The notes under the pieces are model-generated. The model saw only the letters and a list, made by a program, of their open reading frames with translations, was not told where the DNA came from and ran no database searches. 32,000 nt of DNA from an uncultured candidatus Brocadiaceae bacterium (GTDB lineage Bacteria; Planctomycetota; Brocadiia; SM23-32): contig CAZZNQ010000005.1 in the NCBI GenBank assembly GCA_964655775.1, positions 11,157-43,156 on the forward strand, read 5' to 3'. Shown in pieces: positions 30,201-32,000 of the stretch; the first letter of the stretch is position 1; the number at the start of each line of letters is the position of its first letter. A program made the translations under genes and the position numbers.

Positions 30201-32000
30201 TCGCCGGCGTTGGTGCCGACACCGATCAGGGAGTCGAGTCCGATGTCCAGGACACCGTTAAAGTTGGTGTCCCGGTAGAACTGCACGCCCACAACGGTGC
30301 CGTCCAGATCGGTCGCATCCACTGCCGTCAGCGTCAGGCTTGCGCCGCGTGTGACCGGGTCTGGCGCCGCCATCAAGGAGTCGACAAGGGGACGCCGATT
30401 GACGTAGCCGACGGTGCTTGCGCTGTCCTCAGGACGCGTGAAGTTCCCGGTGTTATCCCGCGCCTGAGCGAAGTAGGTGTGCAGGCCCCCGGTCCAGGTA
30501 ACCGGTCCGAGGAACGCCCAGCCGTTTCCAGAAGTGGTGTCGATGCCCAGCAACTGGTCGACGGCCGGGTCGAGCAGGCTGTTGCCGTTGGCGTCGCGGT
30601 AGAAGTAAACGGCATCCACCTGTCCGTCGACGTCATAGACGTCGCTCGCCTCCAGCCTTATGGTCGCGCCCTGCGTGATCGGGTCAGGCGAGTCATTGAG
30701 CTGGCCGACCACCGGCAGCCGGTTCACCACGGCACTGGTAGCCGCGAAGCTCCAGCCGCCCATGTCGTCCTGGGCGCGGGCGAAGTAGACAAGGCTGTCC
30801 GTGGCGACCGGGAAGCTTATGGACCACCCGTCCCCACCGACGGTGTCGGAACCGATCACCTGGTCGAAACCGTCGTCGAACTTGCCGTTGTTGTTGCTGT
30901 CGCGGTAGAACTGCATCCGCACTACGCTGCCGGCCGGATCGGTGTCGTAAACGCCGGTCGCCGTCAGCGTAAGGGTGCCGTTCACCGGTATCGGGTTAGG
31001 CGACGGAGTCAGGGTCTCCACCACCGGCCGTCCGTTGACAAAGCCGGTCGCCGAGACGACCTCGCTCCACGCGTCGTCGTTGTCCTGTGCCCGGGCGAAG
31101 TAGAGCGCACTGCCCGGATCCCAGTCCACGACCTTCATCAGCGAGTAGTCGCTTCCCTCGGCCGTGGTATTGACGCCGAGGAACTCATCCGTCCCCAGAT
31201 CGAGGGCACCGTTGTTGTTGCTGTCGCGGTAGAACTCAACCTGCTGGATCGTTCCGTTGGCATCCTGCACGTTAGCGGCGACCAGCGTCAGGCCATACCC
31301 CTGAGTAACCGGATCGGGGCTGTCCTGAAGCCCACCCACGATCACCGGCGGCGGATTAGTCACGGTGCCCGACTGGAGGGCACTGTGGCTCCAGCCTCCG
31401 CGGCTGTCCTGCGCGCGGGCAAAGTAGGTGTGATCGCCGACCGCCCAGGTCACGGGGCCCGCCCACTGGTACACGAGCCCACCGTTCTGCACACCGATGA
31501 AGCTGACCCCGTCTGGGTCGAGCTGCTCGTCGATTCCGACATTCAGCGAACCATTGCCGTTGGTGTCGCGGTAGAACTGGACGAGGGTGATAGCATCGCC
31601 GTCGGGATCGCGGAGACCGGTAGTCTCCAGCACCAGCGTGCTCCCCTGGTCGACCGGGTCGTAGTCGCCGGCGCTGTTCTCGTCCGCAAGCGCCTCGATG
31701 CCGCTCCAGAACTCGACGCCCGAAGCCGGATGGGCCGTGAACAGATCGGGGGCCTCGTCGCCGCCGATCACAACGGCCAGCGCCACCGCGGGGTTGGCTC
31801 CAACGGCATAGTTAACGGTCGGTGCGAACTCGCCGCCGCCATTGTTCAACAGAACCGAAACGTCGCCGGAGGCGGAGTTAGCAACCAGCAGGTCTGGTCG
31901 CGTGTCCGCATCCAGGTATGCGCTGCTGATTGCGACCGGCGTGTTCCCGACGGGCAGCACGGCTCCCGGCATGAACGCTCCGGTGCCGTCGCCAAGCATG
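27299..32000 (-). CDS. Giant repeat surface protein: FG-GAP/VCBS repeats, nine ~110-aa modules, and a ~460-aa C-terminal solenoid-like domain; 5' end unresolved at window edge
   Basis: A 1566-codon open frame reaches the window edge (first in-window ATG at 31999, no room to test for an SD). FG-GAP-like sequence GDGTGAF...DLLVANSASGDVSVLLNNGGGEF. Nine recurrences of PDPV..G..LTL.A..V.D.DG.V..V.FYRD.NGNG.LD...D.LLG ... TYFARAQD..G.WS. Stop at 27299-27301. Confidence 0.9.
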   Translation of the reverse strand, partial: MLGDGTGAFMPGAVLPVGNTPVAISSAYLDADTRPDLLVANSASGDVSVLLNNGGGEFAPTVNYAVGANPAVALAVVIGGDEAPDLFTAHPASGVEFWSGIEALADENSAGDYDPVDQGSTLVLETTGLRDPDGDAITLVQFYRDTNGNGSLNVGIDEQLDPDGVSFIGVQNGGLVYQWAGPVTWAVGDHTYFARAQDSRGGWSHSALQSGTVTNPPPVIVGGLQDSPDPVTQGYGLTLVAANVQDANGTIQQVEFYRDSNNNGALDLGTDEFLGVNTTAEGSDYSLMKVVDWDPGSALYFARAQDNDDAWSEVVSATGFVNGRPVVETLTPSPNPIPVNGTLTLTATGVYDTDPAGSVVRMQFYRDSNNNGKFDDGFDQVIGSDTVGGDGWSISFPVATDSLVYFARAQDDMGGWSFAATSAVVNRLPVVGQLNDSPDPITQGATIRLEASDVYDVDGQVDAVYFYRDANGNSLLDPAVDQLLGIDTTSGNGWAFLGPVTWTGGLHTYFAQARDNTGNFTRPEDSASTVGYVNRRPLVDSLMAAPDPVTRGASLTLTAVDATDLDGTVVGVQFYRDTNFNGVLDIGLDSLIGVGTNAGDIAGGADDDWTLTVATTGWEPQVQTLFVRAQDNSGSWGPVPATSGTVRVNNPPSVASLADNPDPVAQGMDLTLTALGVDDVDGTVVQVEFYRDTNGNGTFDLASDALLGTGTQVGATDWELAGVDTSGFPVGTVTYFARSQDDNGAWSTAVTGTGRVHLRPTVAGLTDTPDPVFKGNDLTLVAVDVVDPDALGVSLVRFYRDADGDDVLDPLIDELLGVGENIGNVSGGAGNEWRLIVGTAGWPAGDQTYFAIAYDVDGGESLSVQTDGVVVTTEPSLAGVTDNPDPVVRGEDLTLTAIDASDTDGVVTEVRFYYDSNANGTLETATDELLGTGTNVGDIGGGNEDEWQLVVPAGTTWPLGPTTYFAVPVDDDTAVGDEVSTIGEVGNHAPEIDGSLTAEWDPVAIGQDQTLTVNGVQDIEPAPFGGVVDVEFWRDLDGDGVFDDAVDELLGSGVDMGGGVWQLTVDTSGWSFNPDQVYFVRALDIDSDYSPVVSTAGEVNYTLIASRQIGDTWVSFYDMDPDNGVSAPEIAWGRNQRTSTMDIFVDTRQDLPFYIREIELLGNGAQTRDLGIVVSGLTGLRDFKDSRDLAFNAPVAFLAVQGHIGEAEFDNGLSGANLNGFISVDGWVLPDDIDEDGLTYDETGLYAFGFISEAYFGMRNTGDIVSERSIGKLESDAGFFGDVVAWGGGIEEVDSFGHIAGDIMAYGGIEDVSAKAGDILGDVTALADPWASTIGKIEAKADYNAVGAWVGGGIHSDIYSSGAILKVYAKGGDFGSSIVAESTLGKFKIKGGNLSGLVQADEIGKIDVKTAKRKDTGTYVGGGLIDAQIKATNGLSKLKTSAGAANLTLEAGVASKIKIGGSVVDSMFDFSVGASKIKIGGSAIDSELSADVGIAKMDVRGNWTDTSLDAQTLGKVKVRGNISSTTGPDDEIRAHTGTFKLYEMGDKYTIFDAAGLWLDGVHAYVL
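27425..28192 (-). repeat. Short-period (~17-20 aa) Gly/Lys/Ile repeats, beta-solenoid-like, in the C-terminal domain of the giant gene
   Basis: Protein strings ASKIKIGGSVVDSMFDFSVG / ASKIKIGGSAIDSELSADVG / IAKMDVRGN / LGKVKVRGN / LGKFKIKGGN / IGKIDVK. At the DNA level ccaccgatcttgatctttgaagc (27558-27580) and ccgccgatcttgatcttcgaggc (27618-27640) lie exactly 60 nt apart. Confidence 0.7.
28700..31663 (-). repeat. Nine divergent tandem coding repeats (period about 305-358 nt) inside the giant gene
   Basis: The FYRD-type codon block (plus strand gtcgcggtagaa and variants) recurs near 31570, 31228, 30902, 30597, 30265, 29927, 29600, 29258 and 28900. The copies are diverged at the DNA level, so this is not a recent duplication. 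Confidence 0.85.

Noticed and set aside
28700-31663. Regularly spaced DNA repeats that might suggest a CRISPR-like or satellite array
   Set aside because: The period is ~305-358 nt, the copies are diverged, and all lie in one continuous reading frame encoding protein modules. These are coding tandem repeats.
1-32000. Search by eye for mobile elements, integrases, toxin-antitoxin pairs, restriction or defence genes, rRNA/tRNA and CRISPR repeats
   Set aside because: None recognised. All long ORFs are accounted for by transport, signalling, redox, glycan and surface-protein genes. A computational scan (tRNAscan, Infernal, ISfinder, defence-system HMMs) would be needed to exclude small or degenerate elements.

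Overview
GC-rich bacterial chromosomal segment (about two-thirds G+C by eye, not computed) with tightly packed genes and strong Shine-Dalgarno (SD) sites. I recognised no rRNA, tRNA, CRISPR array, transposase or integrase. Because of the GC content, most real genes carry long antisense 'shadow' ORFs in the track. I chose strand and frame by recognisable protein motifs, SD placement and amino-acid composition.

Content, left to right:
1. The 3' end of an RND efflux operon: periplasmic adaptor plus AcrB-like pump.
2. A Trp-rich conserved hypothetical protein.
3. A possible 60-aa two-TM ORF with its own promoter-like element.
4. A minus-strand operon of a P-type ATPase followed by a DUF2254-like membrane protein, joined by a GTGA overlap.
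5. A 1010-aa hybrid PAS/GAF histidine kinase with a receiver domain.
6. wrbA, divergent from a translationally chained operon: ArsR-family repressor, a 48-aa Cys/His-rich microprotein absent from the ORF track, an ABC ATPase and an ABC-2 permease.
7. An ankyrin-repeat / FGE-sulfatase-fold envelope protein.
8. A glycan-processing cluster: secreted beta-helix protein, FAD oxidoreductase, GH2, and a secreted TIM-barrel hydrolase with a nested CBM-like insert.
9. A surface protein of more than 1566 aa with FG-GAP repeats, nine ~110-aa modules and a C-terminal solenoid-like domain; it runs to the window edge.

The best candidate for an undescribed system is the ArsR / microprotein / ABC-2 exporter module. 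The second is the P-type ATPase with non-canonical ion-site residues coupled to DUF2254. All family assignments come from motif recognition by eye; no database search was possible.
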